NCBI GenBank assembly: GCA_016713115.1
Contig: JADJPU010000001.1
Location: 1,691,762 to 1,755,761, forward strand
Direction: 5' to 3'
DNA from: Cellvibrionales bacterium
Lineage (GTDB): Bacteria; Pseudomonadota; Gammaproteobacteria; Pseudomonadales; UBA7239
Length of the DNA: 64,000 bases
Shown here piece after piece: positions 48,015 through 57,927 of the stretch. The notes below the pieces were generated by a model. The model had not been told where the DNA came from. It saw only the letters and a program-made list of their open reading frames with translations, and searched no databases. The stretch's first letter is position 1. Each line of letters begins with the position of its first letter. Both the position numbers and the translations under genes were made by a program.

Positions 48015-49502
48015 ATAGTCGACAACATCGCACAGTGAGCAGCAATAGAAAACAGACGATCAACAGTGGCCAGTTACCCAGTAATTGATACAAGGTGTGG
48101 CCTTGTCGCGCCTTCACTGCGCCTTGCAGCACGAAGTATTCAAATTGCGGTGAGCGGCTGATGATTTTTCCTCGCTCGTCTATGTGTGCAGAAATACCGT
48201 TGCTGGTGGCGCGCAACATTTCCCTGGCATTTTCTCGTGCGCGCATTTGTGCCATTTGCAAATGTTGATGTGGACCGATGGAGTTGCCAAACCAAGTGTC
48301 ATTGCTCACGGTGAGTAAGATGTCAGCCTCTTTGGCTTGTTCGGCGACCAATTTGGGGTAGGCCACTTCGTAACAAATACTCGATGCAATACGCAACAAG
48401 CCACTGCTGATATTGGCTTGGTTGGCTGTGCCAACACGAAAATCAGAAATAGGCATTTTGAAAAAATCGAGTAAATCTTTTAACCAACTTTCTAGCGGCA
48501 CATATTCACCAAACGGTACGAGGCGCTGTTTGTTGTAGATGCCACTGGCTTCGCCGAGGCCGATCATGCTGTTATGAAAATACGGCGTGTCGTCGGTGTC
48601 GTAGTGCACGGTGGGAATGCCTGTAATCAGTGCGCCGCCACGGTTTTGCAAGTCATGCGTCATCTGTTGAAAGAAAGGATGTTCACTGGTGTAAAGCTCC
48701 GGGATAGCTGCCTCAGGCCACACCACGAGTGCATTTTTTTTCAGAAGGGGTTCGCTAGCGTTACGGTACAGCGCTCGAATTGCCTCGCGTTGTTCCGGTT
48801 TCCATTTGAGTTGTTGCGGTACATTGCCCTGTATTAAGGCGAAATCTTGCTGTGTTCCGGTTGGCTGCGTCCACAGCACTTTGCCCAGTAGTGCGCTGCC
48901 TGCACACAGCAGCGACAGAGACAGCAGAAACGGAATGGAAAAACGCCGCTGTTGTAAGCAATCAAATAGCGAGGCGGCGAAAAATGCTAATAAAAAGCTG
49001 ATGCCGTACACACCGACAACAGGCGCCCAGTTGCCCATAAAAGTTTCGGTTTGGCTGTAGCCAATAAAAAGCCAAGGAAAGCCGGTGAGAATCCAACCGC
49101 GAAACCATTCGTCTAGCATCCAAATGGCTGGAAATGCCAAGGCTACGCCGCCGCGTTTGTCTTGCAAAAAACGGTGCCAGCACAACATCGGCAACAAAAA
49201 AGCAGTGCCATGCCGCAAGAAAAAAGAAAGATTAAGCCAGCGGCCAGCGGTGCGGGAGCGGGGCCGTAATCGTGCACGCTGACATAAATCCACGAAGCGC
49301 CCGTGCCATAAAGTCCTAAGCCAAATAAAAAACTGCGCCAAAAACGGCGTCGCATAGCAATACCATGCGACAACGCGAGATAAGCAAGCAGCGGCAGCGG
49401 CGCAAACCACCACCAATCAAATGGCGCTAAGGCCAGTGGCAGTGTGGCACCGGCAAGGAGTGCAGCGAGGTCGCCCCACTTGCCGGAGAATAGATTTTTC
49501 AT
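48001..49502 (-). CDS. lnt: apolipoprotein N-acyltransferase, split by an apparent frameshift at an A6/T6 run (49196-49201, or alternatively 49220-49225)
   Basis: Track ORF 49143..49502 holds the N-terminus: ...LPLALAPFDWWWFAPL...GASWIYVSVHDYG. Track ORF 48001..49416 holds the rest: FRGWILTGFPWLFIGYSQ, VVWPEAAIP, ICYEVAYP, NDTWFG. Together they are colinear with E. coli Lnt. Confidence 0.88.
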
Positions 49503-49508
49503 GCGTAT

Positions 49509-50369
49509 TTATTCCGCCGCGGTGTTGCTGTTAGTGGGCAAAGTGACGCGCAGCATGTGTATCTGGCGTTTATCGGCATTCAGCACGCGAAAGCTGAAAT
49601 CGTTGATAGTGGTGATTTCATTGCGGCGCGGTAAATGACCAAAAGCGTGCATCACAAGACCGCCCATGGTGTCGAAATCTGTATCGGACAGTGTTGATCC
49701 AAATGCGGCGTTGAAATCTTCAATGGGTGTGAGCGCTTTGACTAAATAATCGTGACCAGAAAGCGGGCGAATAAAACGCTCATCTTCTTCGATATCGGTT
49801 TCATCTTCGATATTGCCGACAATTTCTTCCAGCACATCTTCAATTGTCACCAATCCAGCTACATTACCGTATTCGTCCACTACGATGCCCATGTGGTAGC
49901 GATTCAAACGAAATTCACGCAGCAATTCACTGATGCGCTTGGTTTCCGGAATCACATTGGCATTGTGTAAATATTCTTGAATATCGAAGCTGTCTTTATC
50001 TTTCAAAATCAACGGCAGAAATTTTTTTGCCAATAAAATGCCAACGATTTGATCGGGTGTTTCTCCTAAGACGGGAAAGCGAGAGTGTTCGGATTCGATA
50101 ATAGCAGCCAGCATGGTTTCCAGAGAGTCGCTGGCTTTTAGTGTCACCATTTGACGGCGCGGCACCATGATATCGCTAACGGTCTTTCCGCGAATATTGA
50201 GTGCATTTTCCATGATGGAAAACATTTCATCGTCGAGCAGTTGTTGCTTGTGTGCGTCGTCGAGTATGTCAAGCAGGTCTGTGCTGTCGCGCAGTGACAG
50301 GCCAATGGCTTTCATAAAACGATCCAACCATGATTTTTCAGTTGGTTCGTTGTGTGTGTCATCGCTCAT
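49509..50369 (-). CDS. corC: magnesium/cobalt efflux-associated protein CorC (CBS pair plus CorC_HlyC domain)
   Basis: 286 aa. VSDIMVPRRQM, RFPVLGETPDQIVGILLAKK, VVDEYGNVAGLVTIEDVLEEIVG. Confidence 0.9.
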   Translation of the reverse strand: MSDDTHNEPTEKSWLDRFMKAIGLSLRDSTDLLDILDDAHKQQLLDDEMFSIMENALNIRGKTVSDIMVPRRQMVTLKASDSLETMLAAIIESEHSRFPVLGETPDQIVGILLAKKFLPLILKDKDSFDIQEYLHNANVIPETKRISELLREFRLNRYHMGIVVDEYGNVAGLVTIEDVLEEIVGNIEDETDIEEDERFIRPLSGHDYLVKALTPIEDFNAAFGSTLSDTDFDTMGGLVMHAFGHLPRRNEITTINDFSFRVLNADKRQIHMLRVTLPTNSNTAAE

Positions 50370-50398
50370 GGATGGTGTGCTCTTTCCTGTGCTGTGCG

Positions 50399-50872
50399 TT
50401 ATTTATCAGTATTAAATTCATAGGGATTGTTAAACCCTAATTGGCGAAGAATGGTGATTTCGCGTGCTTCCATCTCATCAGCTTCAGCGTCGTCTATATG
50501 GTCGAAACCTAGCAAATGCAGGCAGCCATGCACGACCATATGCGCCCAGTGTGCTGTTGCAGTTTTGTTTTGCGCTTGCGCTTCTTTGTTGATAACAGCA
50601 GCGCACAGTGCGAAATCCCCTAACAGCGGTGGGTCAAAATCTTCTGGCAGGTCGCTGGGAAATGACAGCACATTGGTGGCGTAATTTTTCCCACGGTATT
50701 CCATGTTCAAGCTGGCACTGTTTTCTTCGTCAACAATACCGATAGAGACTTCAGCACGGGCGCGCAGCCCAGCCAGAGCTGCGATTGTCCATTGTGAGAA
50801 CTCAGCATCGTTGGGGGTGTTGGGGGCGTCGCAGGTATTGTCGATCAAAACATGGATAGTCGGTTCAGCCAT
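50399..50872 (-). CDS. ybeY: rRNA maturation endoribonuclease YbeY
   Basis: YRGKNYATNVLSF and HGCLHLLGFDH (zinc site). Start at ATG 50872; the track ORF extends upstream into phoH. Confidence 0.92.
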   Translation of the reverse strand: MAEPTIHVLIDNTCDAPNTPNDAEFSQWTIAALAGLRARAEVSIGIVDEENSASLNMEYRGKNYATNVLSFPSDLPEDFDPPLLGDFALCAAVINKEAQAQNKTATAHWAHMVVHGCLHLLGFDHIDDAEADEMEAREITILRQLGFNNPYEFNTDK

Positions 50873-51857
50873 GGCGATCACTGTTTTCGTGGCGATCATA
50901 GGCATCGACGATGCGCTGTACCAAGGGATGACGCACCACATCGTGTGAACTAAAGCGTGTGAAACTGATACCGTCGACATCGCGCAACACTTCGCAGGCA
51001 TGCAGTAAGCCCGATTTGGTGCCGCGCGGTAAATCAATTTGTGTGGCATCACCGGTGATAATAGCGGTAGAACCAAAACCGATACGCGTTAAAAACATTT
51101 TCATTTGCGATTCGGTAGTGTTTTGACTTTCATCCAAAATAATAAACGCATTGTTCAGCGTACGACCACGCATATAGGCTAGCGGTGCCACTTCAATGAT
51201 TTGTCGCTCTAATAATTTCCCGACTGTTTCAAAGCCGATCATTTCGTAAAGTGCGTCGTACAGTGGTCGCAGGTACGGATCAATTTTTTGTGCCAAATCG
51301 CCAGGCAGAAAACCTAATTTTTCGCCTGCTTCCACAGCGGGGCGCACGAGCAGCAGGCGCTCTACTTTTTCACTCTGCAGGGCTTCCACGGCGCAGGCGA
51401 CAGCAAGATAGGTTTTTCCTGTGCCGGCTGGGCCAATGCCGAAATTGATGTCGTACTTACGAATGGCCTGCACATAGGTGTTCTGTGCTGCGCCGCGCGG
51501 TTTGATATTGCCTTTGCGTGTGCGAATACTGGACTGTTCGTAGGTGTGATGCTGTGCGTTACTGTGCGCGGCGGCATTGGCTTCTTGCAGCGCGAGATGG
51601 ATTTTTTCAGGCGAGAGTTCTTGATGATCTGCTGTTTCTTGGTACAGCTGTTGTAGCACGGCCGCCGCTGTGGCTGTGGCATTGCTGTCGCCTTGAATCG
51701 TAAAAATGTTGCCACGCACACTGAGCTGTACGCTTAAGCGTTGCTCAATTTGTTTCAGGTGCCCTTGTAGCTGCCCGCAGAGATTGCTCAGGCGATGGTT
51801 GTCAGCAGGTTCCAGCACCAAGGTGCGGTCAACAGTGTTGTTTGTTGGAGTATTCAA
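50865..51857 (-). CDS. ybeZ: PhoH-like ATPase YbeZ
   Basis: LEPADNHRLSNLCG, GPAGTGKTYLAVA (Walker A), LTRPAVEAGEKLGFLPGD, FIILDESQN. The start is uncertain. TTG 51857 is the only candidate that does not overlap the upstream kinase gene. Confidence 0.85.
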   Translation of the reverse strand: MNTPTNNTVDRTLVLEPADNHRLSNLCGQLQGHLKQIEQRLSVQLSVRGNIFTIQGDSNATATAAAVLQQLYQETADHQELSPEKIHLALQEANAAAHSNAQHHTYEQSSIRTRKGNIKPRGAAQNTYVQAIRKYDINFGIGPAGTGKTYLAVACAVEALQSEKVERLLLVRPAVEAGEKLGFLPGDLAQKIDPYLRPLYDALYEMIGFETVGKLLERQIIEVAPLAYMRGRTLNNAFIILDESQNTTESQMKMFLTRIGFGSTAIITGDATQIDLPRGTKSGLLHACEVLRDVDGISFTRFSSHDVVRHPLVQRIVDAYDRHENSDRHG

Positions 51858-51897
51858 GGCGGCTGCGTAGCGCCGTGGGCGCTGTGATTCATGTCCC

Positions 51898-52629
51898 CTA
51901 GCATATACGCTGCAGTGAGATGGGGGAAGTTGATCGGTGCGGTATTTCCGTTTCACACACGATGGGCAGGGTGAGCGTAAAAGTGCTGCCGCGCCCTTCA
52001 ATGCTGCTGACGGCAATATTGCCACCCATCGCATGCGCTAGCGCTTGGCTGATACTTAGGCCCAAACCCGTGCCATCCGTGTGTTGCTGAGAGTTGCGTG
52101 CTTGTTGATAAGCTTCAAAAATTTTTGACAGCGCAGTGGGCGGTATTCCCGTGCCAGAGTCGATCACACGAAAACATAGGACAGGTGTGTTTTCTTGAGA
52201 AGTGGCTTGGGTGATCTCCAATTTGATCAGGCCGTTGTCCGTGAAGCGCACGGCATTGGCGAGTAGATTGCTGAGTATTTGACGAATTTTTCCGGCATCG
52301 TGATACAAATTTTTGGGTGCGGAAGGGTGCGTGTGTGCAATGAGAATCACACCTTTTTGTTGTGCCTGACAGGAATACAGCGTTAGTAACGGGTGTATTA
52401 ACTCAGCGATGGAAAATTCTTGATTGATAATGCCGTAAGTGCCGCCGGCGCGCGTGCGTTGCAGTATTTCATCGAGCAGAGATAACAGCGTGCAATTGGC
52501 GCTGTCTGCGGTGTGCAGCAATTTTCTTTGGTTGTCGTCGAGAGCTGTTGTGCTGAGCAGGCGCAACACCGCCAGCACGCTGGTTAGTGGATTGCGTATT
52601 TCGTGACTGAGTGTAGCGGTGAGGTACAT
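51898..52629 (-). CDS. histidine kinase core only (HisKA + HATPase_c), with no sensor or TM region
   Basis: 243 aa. The H-box SHEIRNPL starts at residue 8. N-box LSNLLANAVRFT, G1 VIDSGTGI, G2 GTGLGLSIS. Only 67 nt separate it from the upstream peroxiredoxin stop. Confidence 0.75.
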   Translation of the reverse strand: MYLTATLSHEIRNPLTSVLAVLRLLSTTALDDNQRKLLHTADSANCTLLSLLDEILQRTRAGGTYGIINQEFSIAELIHPLLTLYSCQAQQKGVILIAHTHPSAPKNLYHDAGKIRQILSNLLANAVRFTDNGLIKLEITQATSQENTPVLCFRVIDSGTGIPPTALSKIFEAYQQARNSQQHTDGTGLGLSISQALAHAMGGNIAVSSIEGRGSTFTLTLPIVCETEIPHRSTSPISLQRIC

Positions 52630-52696
52630 CGGTGTTGCTGTCCATAGCGAAGAAGCAAGCCAGCCTCATTGCTGGCAGCGCAGCGGATTTAAGTTC

Positions 52697-53299
52697 TTAC
52701 AGTTTGGCGTTGTGTTGCTGTAAATACTGAGCAACACCAGCGGGAGTGGCCTGCATCCCCGCATCGCCTTTTTGCCAACCTGCAGGGCAAACTTCCCCGT
52801 GTTCAGCGTGAAATTGTAGTGCATCAATCAAACGCAACAATTCGTCGATGTTACGACCGAGCGGCAAGTCATTCACAATTTGACTGCGCACCATGCCGCG
52901 CGGGTCAATCAAAAAAGCGCCGCGATATGCCATGCCGCCATCGGTTTGCACATCGTAGTCGCGTGCAATGTGATGTGTGAGGTCGGCTGCCATGGTGTAG
53001 CGCACAGCGCCGATGCCGCCATCGTTAATGGCGGTGTTGCGCCATGCGTGGTGTGTGAAATGGGAGTCAATAGAAATACTGATCACCTCTACGCCGCGTG
53101 CGGTGAATTCTTCCATGCGATGATCGAGTGCAATCAACTCCGATGGGCAGACAAAAGTGAAATCCAGCGGATAAAAAAACAGCAGCGCATATTTATTTTG
53201 GATGGCGCTGGCGAGATGAAAATCCTGCACGATCTCGCCGTTGCTTAATACCGCCGCACAGCGAAAATCTGGCGCCGGTTTGCCTACTAATACAGCCAT
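52697..53299 (-). CDS. typical 2-Cys peroxiredoxin (AhpC/Prx1 subfamily)
   Basis: From ATG 53299, with AGGAG upstream. FFYPLDFTFVCPSE (peroxidatic Cys) and GEVCPAGW (resolving Cys). Confidence 0.9.
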   Translation of the reverse strand: MAVLVGKPAPDFRCAAVLSNGEIVQDFHLASAIQNKYALLFFYPLDFTFVCPSELIALDHRMEEFTARGVEVISISIDSHFTHHAWRNTAINDGGIGAVRYTMAADLTHHIARDYDVQTDGGMAYRGAFLIDPRGMVRSQIVNDLPLGRNIDELLRLIDALQFHAEHGEVCPAGWQKGDAGMQATPAGVAQYLQQHNAKL

Positions 53300-53324
53300 T
53301 GCACGCTCCTTGTAGCGAGGGAAC

Positions 53325-53648
53325 TCAGTTCTCTTGCACGGCGGCTTCTTGCAGCAGTGGCAGTAGTTCGCCTTTGGCGTGCATGTCAGTGACGATATCG
53401 CAGCCGCCAATTAGCTCACCTTTTACCCACAATTGTGGGAAGGTCGGCCAGTTGCCGTAACGCGGCAGGTTGCTGCGGATATCTGGGTTGTTAAGTATGT
53501 CTACGAAAGCGAACTTCACGCCGCAGTTCATCAGGGCTTCTGCTGTGCGTGCTGAAAAACCGCACTGCGGTGCGTTTGGGCTGCCCTTCATGTAAACGAT
53601 GATGGGGTTTTTTTCGATTTGGTTTTTAATTTGATCCATGACATCCAT
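53325..53648 (-). CDS. grxD: monothiol glutaredoxin (Grx4 family)
   Basis: IVYMKGSPNAPQCGFSARTAEAL with the CGFS active site, and WPTFPQLWVKGELIGGCDIV. Confidence 0.93.
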   Translation of the reverse strand: MDVMDQIKNQIEKNPIIVYMKGSPNAPQCGFSARTAEALMNCGVKFAFVDILNNPDIRSNLPRYGNWPTFPQLWVKGELIGGCDIVTDMHAKGELLPLLQEAAVQEN

Positions 53649-53693
53649 GGGGTGACCTCGCTGAGAGTATGGGGCAGTAGAGATGCGATTATT

Positions 53694-56600
53694 TTAGCGG
53701 TCAGCGCTAGAAAAAGCACCGTTGGCCAGGTGTATATCGATTTCATCTGTCTCGTGATGGCCAGAGGCGATCAACATATACACGGCAGGCAGCACAAAAA
53801 GGGTAAACAGGGTGCCGACCAACATGCCCGCCACCAAAATAATGCCGATGCTATTGCGCGCTTCGGCTCCTGGGCCGGACACCAACACCAGAGGAAAATG
53901 CCCCAATACCGTGGCGCAAGTTGTCATCAGTACAGGGCGCAAGCGCGTGGTGGCTGCTTGAGTGATGGCTTCAAATTTGCTGCGACCTTCCTGCTGCAGA
54001 TGGTTGGCAAATTCGACGATCAAAATGCCGTTTTTGGAGATCAGGCCGACGAGAGTGATAAAACCGACTTGCGAGAAAATGTTGATCGTGGTCCAGCCGA
54101 GAAAGGTGAATAACATTGCGCCGGATAACGCCAGCGGCACCGAGCCGAGCAACACAACCAGAGGATCGCGAAAACTATTGAATTGAATCGCTAAGACAAA
54201 AAACACAAACAGTAGCGCAATCAATAGCACACCAAACAAGGTGTTGCCTTCATGACGCATTTGCCGCGATTCGCCAGCGTAATCAACACTGTAATTTGGT
54301 GGCAGTATTTTTTTTGCTTCAGTTTCTAGTGCGGTTAATGCCTGTGCTTTGGTTGTACCAGGCATGGCGGCGCCGTAGAGTCGAAACGCATTGTTTTGTT
54401 GAAACTTGCCCAGCACACGCGGTGCTGTGTGTTGTTGCAGTGAGGCGATGGCCGATAAAGGCACTAATTCACCGCGCGGTGTGCGCAGTTGTAAGTTCAT
54501 CAGTGCTTGTGGATCGGGGCGATCATCAGAAGCGATCATGGGGATAACTTGGTAGGCTTTGCCATGCAAATCAAAACGGTTGACATAATTGGCCGATAAC
54601 AACACGCTCAATTGTTGACTCACACTGGCGAGATCCATGCCGAGATCGGCAATGCGTTGTCGATTTAGTTGAAACTCAGCTTGTGGTAAATCAATTTTTA
54701 AATCGGTATCTGCATAGAGAAATTTATTGCTGGTTCTGGCAAACGCTACCAGTTTGTCGGCGTGTGGTTTCATCTGCTGAGGCGTGTCGTTAGAGAGCAC
54801 GACCATTTCGATATCGAAATTGCCTGCTGTTGGCAGCGCTGGGTAGAGGATAGGAAAAGCTTTCAAGCCACTGATTTTTCCTAGATCGCCGTAAGCGCGA
54901 GGCAACAATTCCTGTACGCTGTATTCGCGTTGATTGAAATCAACAAAAGTTTGACCGCCGAACCCACCTTGCGGCGTTACCACTTGCCACATAAAGCTGG
55001 CTCCGGGCAGAGCATTCAAGATATTGACGACTTCGTGCATATAGCGCGTGGTATAGGCGAGAGAAGCCTGTGGAGGCGCTTCCACCACCACATTGATACT
55101 GCTTTGATCTTCTACTGGTGCGAGTTCTTGTTGCGAAAAAAAATAAAAAGGCACCACTAGCAGTGAGAAAAATAACGCAGCGACTAAGACTTGTGGTCGC
55201 CATAATAAACAGTGTGCCAAGGCGCGACCGTAGCGTTGCTGCAACACTTCAAATGCATGGTTGACTTTGATGGTCATGCGGCTTTCTTTGCCGTGTGGCG
55301 GGCAGACATACGCGCTCATAATGGGCGACAGCGTCAGTGCTACAAAACCGGAAATGAGTACAGCCACTGCAAGTGTGAATGCAAATTCTTTGAACAGTAC
55401 GCCGGTTAAGCCGGACAAAAAACCAATGGGGGCATATACCGCGGCAAGCGTGATAGTCATGCCGATAATAGGTGCGACTAACTGCTGCGAGCTGGCGAGT
55501 GCTGCTGCAATGCGGCCTTTGCCTTCGCGCATGTGACGCGCCACATTTTCCACCACGACGATAGCGTCATCCACCACCAAGCCTACCGACAGCACGATTG
55601 CCAACACTGTCAGCAAGTTGAGTGAAAAACCCATCGCTAACATTGCCGCCATCGCGCCTAACAAAGAAATCGGAATAGTGATTAAAGGAACCAATGCAGT
55701 GCGTGCAGAACCCATCAGCGCGAGTACAACAATGCCCACCAGTAAAATGGTTTCTGCCAGTGTTTGAAAAATTTCACGCAAGGCGGAACGCATATATAGC
55801 GTGATGTCATAACCAATGCCGATGTGTATGCCTTGCGGCAGAGTGGGGTTGATGGCAGCTAACTCTTTATACAGAGCATCGGCAATTTCAATTTCATTGG
55901 CACCCGGCAGGGGCCAGACTGAAATATAAACCGCATCGCGATTATCCATGCGTGCGTTATTTTCACCTTCCACTTCGCCTAATTTTATTTGCGCGATATC
56001 ACGCAAGCGAATTTGTGCACCATGGCTTTCGCGCACAATCAACTGTTCAAAGTCTTCTGGAGTCTTGAGCGTGGTATTGGCGAGTAAGTCGATGCGCTGC
56101 CATGCATTTTCACTACGACCGATTGTGGCAATTAAATTGTTACTGCGCAGCGCGGTATCAATATCGCCAGCGCTGAGATTGAATGCTTGTAATTTTGATG
56201 GATCCAACCAAACGCGCATTGCCGGTGCACGCCCACCTTCTAGGCCTATGCGTTGTACGCCGGGAATGGCAGCTAAACGCGGATTCACGTTGCGCGTGAG
56301 GTAATCAGTAATTGACGCGCGCGTGTGTGATCCGGTGATAGGTACATCCAAATAAAAACCGGCGCCTTGTTTATCGGCGCGGTTGACTTGAATCGCAGGG
56401 TCTTCTGCACCAGCTGGGAGTTCGTAGCGAATTTGCTGCAAGCGAGCGGTTAATTCGGCGAGTGCAGCGGTGCTGTTTTCATTTAACTTCAGCCAAACGG
56501 TGACGGTACTCATGCCGGCCAGCGTGGTGGAATCTACATAATCCACGCCGGGAACTGTGGCCGCGATGCGCTCAATCGGATCGGTAATAAAACCTTGTAC

Positions 56601-56795
56601 GCGTTCAGCAGGTGCGCCAACAAAAGGTGTGGTAATGACGAGTGAAGAACTTTCAATGCGCGGGAACTGTAATACAGGCAATTTCTGTGCGGCATACAAG
56701 CCGATGACGATCAAGGCCAGCGAAATCACCACCGCAATAATCGGGCGCTTGATAAAAATATCCATCGGGGATGAATGATGGGCAGCATCGCTCAT
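53694..56795 (-). CDS. RND efflux transporter, inner-membrane permease (AcrB/HAE family)
   Basis: 1033 aa with a 12-TM pattern and two large periplasmic loops. N-terminus FIKRPIIAVVISLALIVIG; also VLSVGLVVDDAIVVVENV. Confidence 0.92.
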   Translation of the reverse strand: MSDAAHHSSPMDIFIKRPIIAVVISLALIVIGLYAAQKLPVLQFPRIESSSLVITTPFVGAPAERVQGFITDPIERIAATVPGVDYVDSTTLAGMSTVTVWLKLNENSTAALAELTARLQQIRYELPAGAEDPAIQVNRADKQGAGFYLDVPITGSHTRASITDYLTRNVNPRLAAIPGVQRIGLEGGRAPAMRVWLDPSKLQAFNLSAGDIDTALRSNNLIATIGRSENAWQRIDLLANTTLKTPEDFEQLIVRESHGAQIRLRDIAQIKLGEVEGENNARMDNRDAVYISVWPLPGANEIEIADALYKELAAINPTLPQGIHIGIGYDITLYMRSALREIFQTLAETILLVGIVVLALMGSARTALVPLITIPISLLGAMAAMLAMGFSLNLLTVLAIVLSVGLVVDDAIVVVENVARHMREGKGRIAAALASSQQLVAPIIGMTITLAAVYAPIGFLSGLTGVLFKEFAFTLAVAVLISGFVALTLSPIMSAYVCPPHGKESRMTIKVNHAFEVLQQRYGRALAHCLLWRPQVLVAALFFSLLVVPFYFFSQQELAPVEDQSSINVVVEAPPQASLAYTTRYMHEVVNILNALPGASFMWQVVTPQGGFGGQTFVDFNQREYSVQELLPRAYGDLGKISGLKAFPILYPALPTAGNFDIEMVVLSNDTPQQMKPHADKLVAFARTSNKFLYADTDLKIDLPQAEFQLNRQRIADLGMDLASVSQQLSVLLSANYVNRFDLHGKAYQVIPMIASDDRPDPQALMNLQLRTPRGELVPLSAIASLQQHTAPRVLGKFQQNNAFRLYGAAMPGTTKAQALTALETEAKKILPPNYSVDYAGESRQMRHEGNTLFGVLLIALLFVFFVLAIQFNSFRDPLVVLLGSVPLALSGAMLFTFLGWTTINIFSQVGFITLVGLISKNGILIVEFANHLQQEGRSKFEAITQAATTRLRPVLMTTCATVLGHFPLVLVSGPGAEARNSIGIILVAGMLVGTLFTLFVLPAVYMLIASGHHETDEIDIHLANGAFSSADR

Positions 56796-57913
56796 TGTGC
56801 GGTGCTCTTTTCACTGCTTTTGATATGCACCAGCATGCCATTTTGCAGTTTATAGGAACCGTTGGTGGCAATGCGCTCGTTCACTTGCAAGCCACTTTCA
56901 ATTACCACGCGCTGATTTCTTTCGGTACCAATCGTGACAGAGCGTGTTGTGACACGCAGTGCGTTGTTGTCTGCCGGTGTAATCACATATACAAAATTTC
57001 CTGTGTCACTGTACTGCACCGCAGTGGATGGAATAGCAATAATAGATTGCGCAGCAGCAACGGGCACTTGCACATCCACCAGCATGCCTGGCTTCAGTTT
57101 TTCATCAGTATTGTTCACGGCTGCGCGCCATTTTTTATTGCGCGATGTCGTCGAGATGGCTGAATCCGCCGCAATAATTTTTCCAGACAGTGGCGCGGTG
57201 AGTGTGCCGCTGGCGCTGACATTGACAGCTGTTTCCAGCGCAATACCGCTCTGTTGTTGCGGCAACGAAAAATCCACCCACACCGTTGCTAGCGAGCCGA
57301 CTAATTGCGTGATCACGGTGTTTGCGGCGAGGTATTGACCTGCTTGTAAATGATGCAAACCCGCGCGACCGTCAAAAGGTGCGGTGATGGTTTTTTTATC
57401 GATCACGGCTTGCAGCGCTTGCGTGCGCGCGGTGGCGACAGCAAATTGCGCGCGCGCCTGATCGTACTGCTCGCGGCTCACCAATTTTTGCGTCACCAAT
57501 TTGGCATAGCGCGTGAGTGCCGTTTGCGCGAGTTGTGCATCGGCTTGTGCGGCGCGCAGTTGTGCAATGTCTTCACTGGCATCCAGCTGCAAGAGCATTT
57601 GGTCTTTTTTAATGGCATCACCGGCGTGAAAACCGACGGCAATCACGCGACCTTCCAGTTCGTTGCGCAGTTCAACCGTTTGTGGTGCCAACACTTCACC
57701 CACCGTGCTTACACTGTCTTGCCAGTTTTGCGCTTGCACGACTTCTGCTTCCACGGTTTCGGAAGGTTCTGGATAAGCGGCAGCAATCGCCATCAACTGA
57801 CGAATTTGCAACACTTTATAAGCGGCAAGTGCCAACAGCAGAAGCAGGCAGCCTAAAAAAACCACCAACCAGCGTTTAAATTTTGATGCTTGGGCTGCCA
57901 TAGCGTTCTCCAC
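56792..57913 (-). CDS. RND efflux periplasmic adaptor (membrane fusion protein)
   Basis: 373 aa with an N-terminal TM anchor, a coiled-coil hairpin (LRAAQADAQLAQTALTRYAKL...) and a beta-barrel C-terminus. There is a 4-nt overlap with the permease gene. Confidence 0.88.
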   Translation of the reverse strand: MENAMAAQASKFKRWLVVFLGCLLLLLALAAYKVLQIRQLMAIAAAYPEPSETVEAEVVQAQNWQDSVSTVGEVLAPQTVELRNELEGRVIAVGFHAGDAIKKDQMLLQLDASEDIAQLRAAQADAQLAQTALTRYAKLVTQKLVSREQYDQARAQFAVATARTQALQAVIDKKTITAPFDGRAGLHHLQAGQYLAANTVITQLVGSLATVWVDFSLPQQQSGIALETAVNVSASGTLTAPLSGKIIAADSAISTTSRNKKWRAAVNNTDEKLKPGMLVDVQVPVAAAQSIIAIPSTAVQYSDTGNFVYVITPADNNALRVTTRSVTIGTERNQRVVIESGLQVNERIATNGSYKLQNGMLVHIKSSEKSTAQ

Positions 57914-57927
57914 GGCTGTGTTGGTTT

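Noticed and set aside
51858-52034. Upstream extension of the phoH/ybeZ ORF to 52034
   Set aside because: It overlaps the 3' end of the histidine kinase gene and shows no PhoH similarity. PhoH homology starts around LEPADN. The true start remains uncertain (TTG 51857 proposed).
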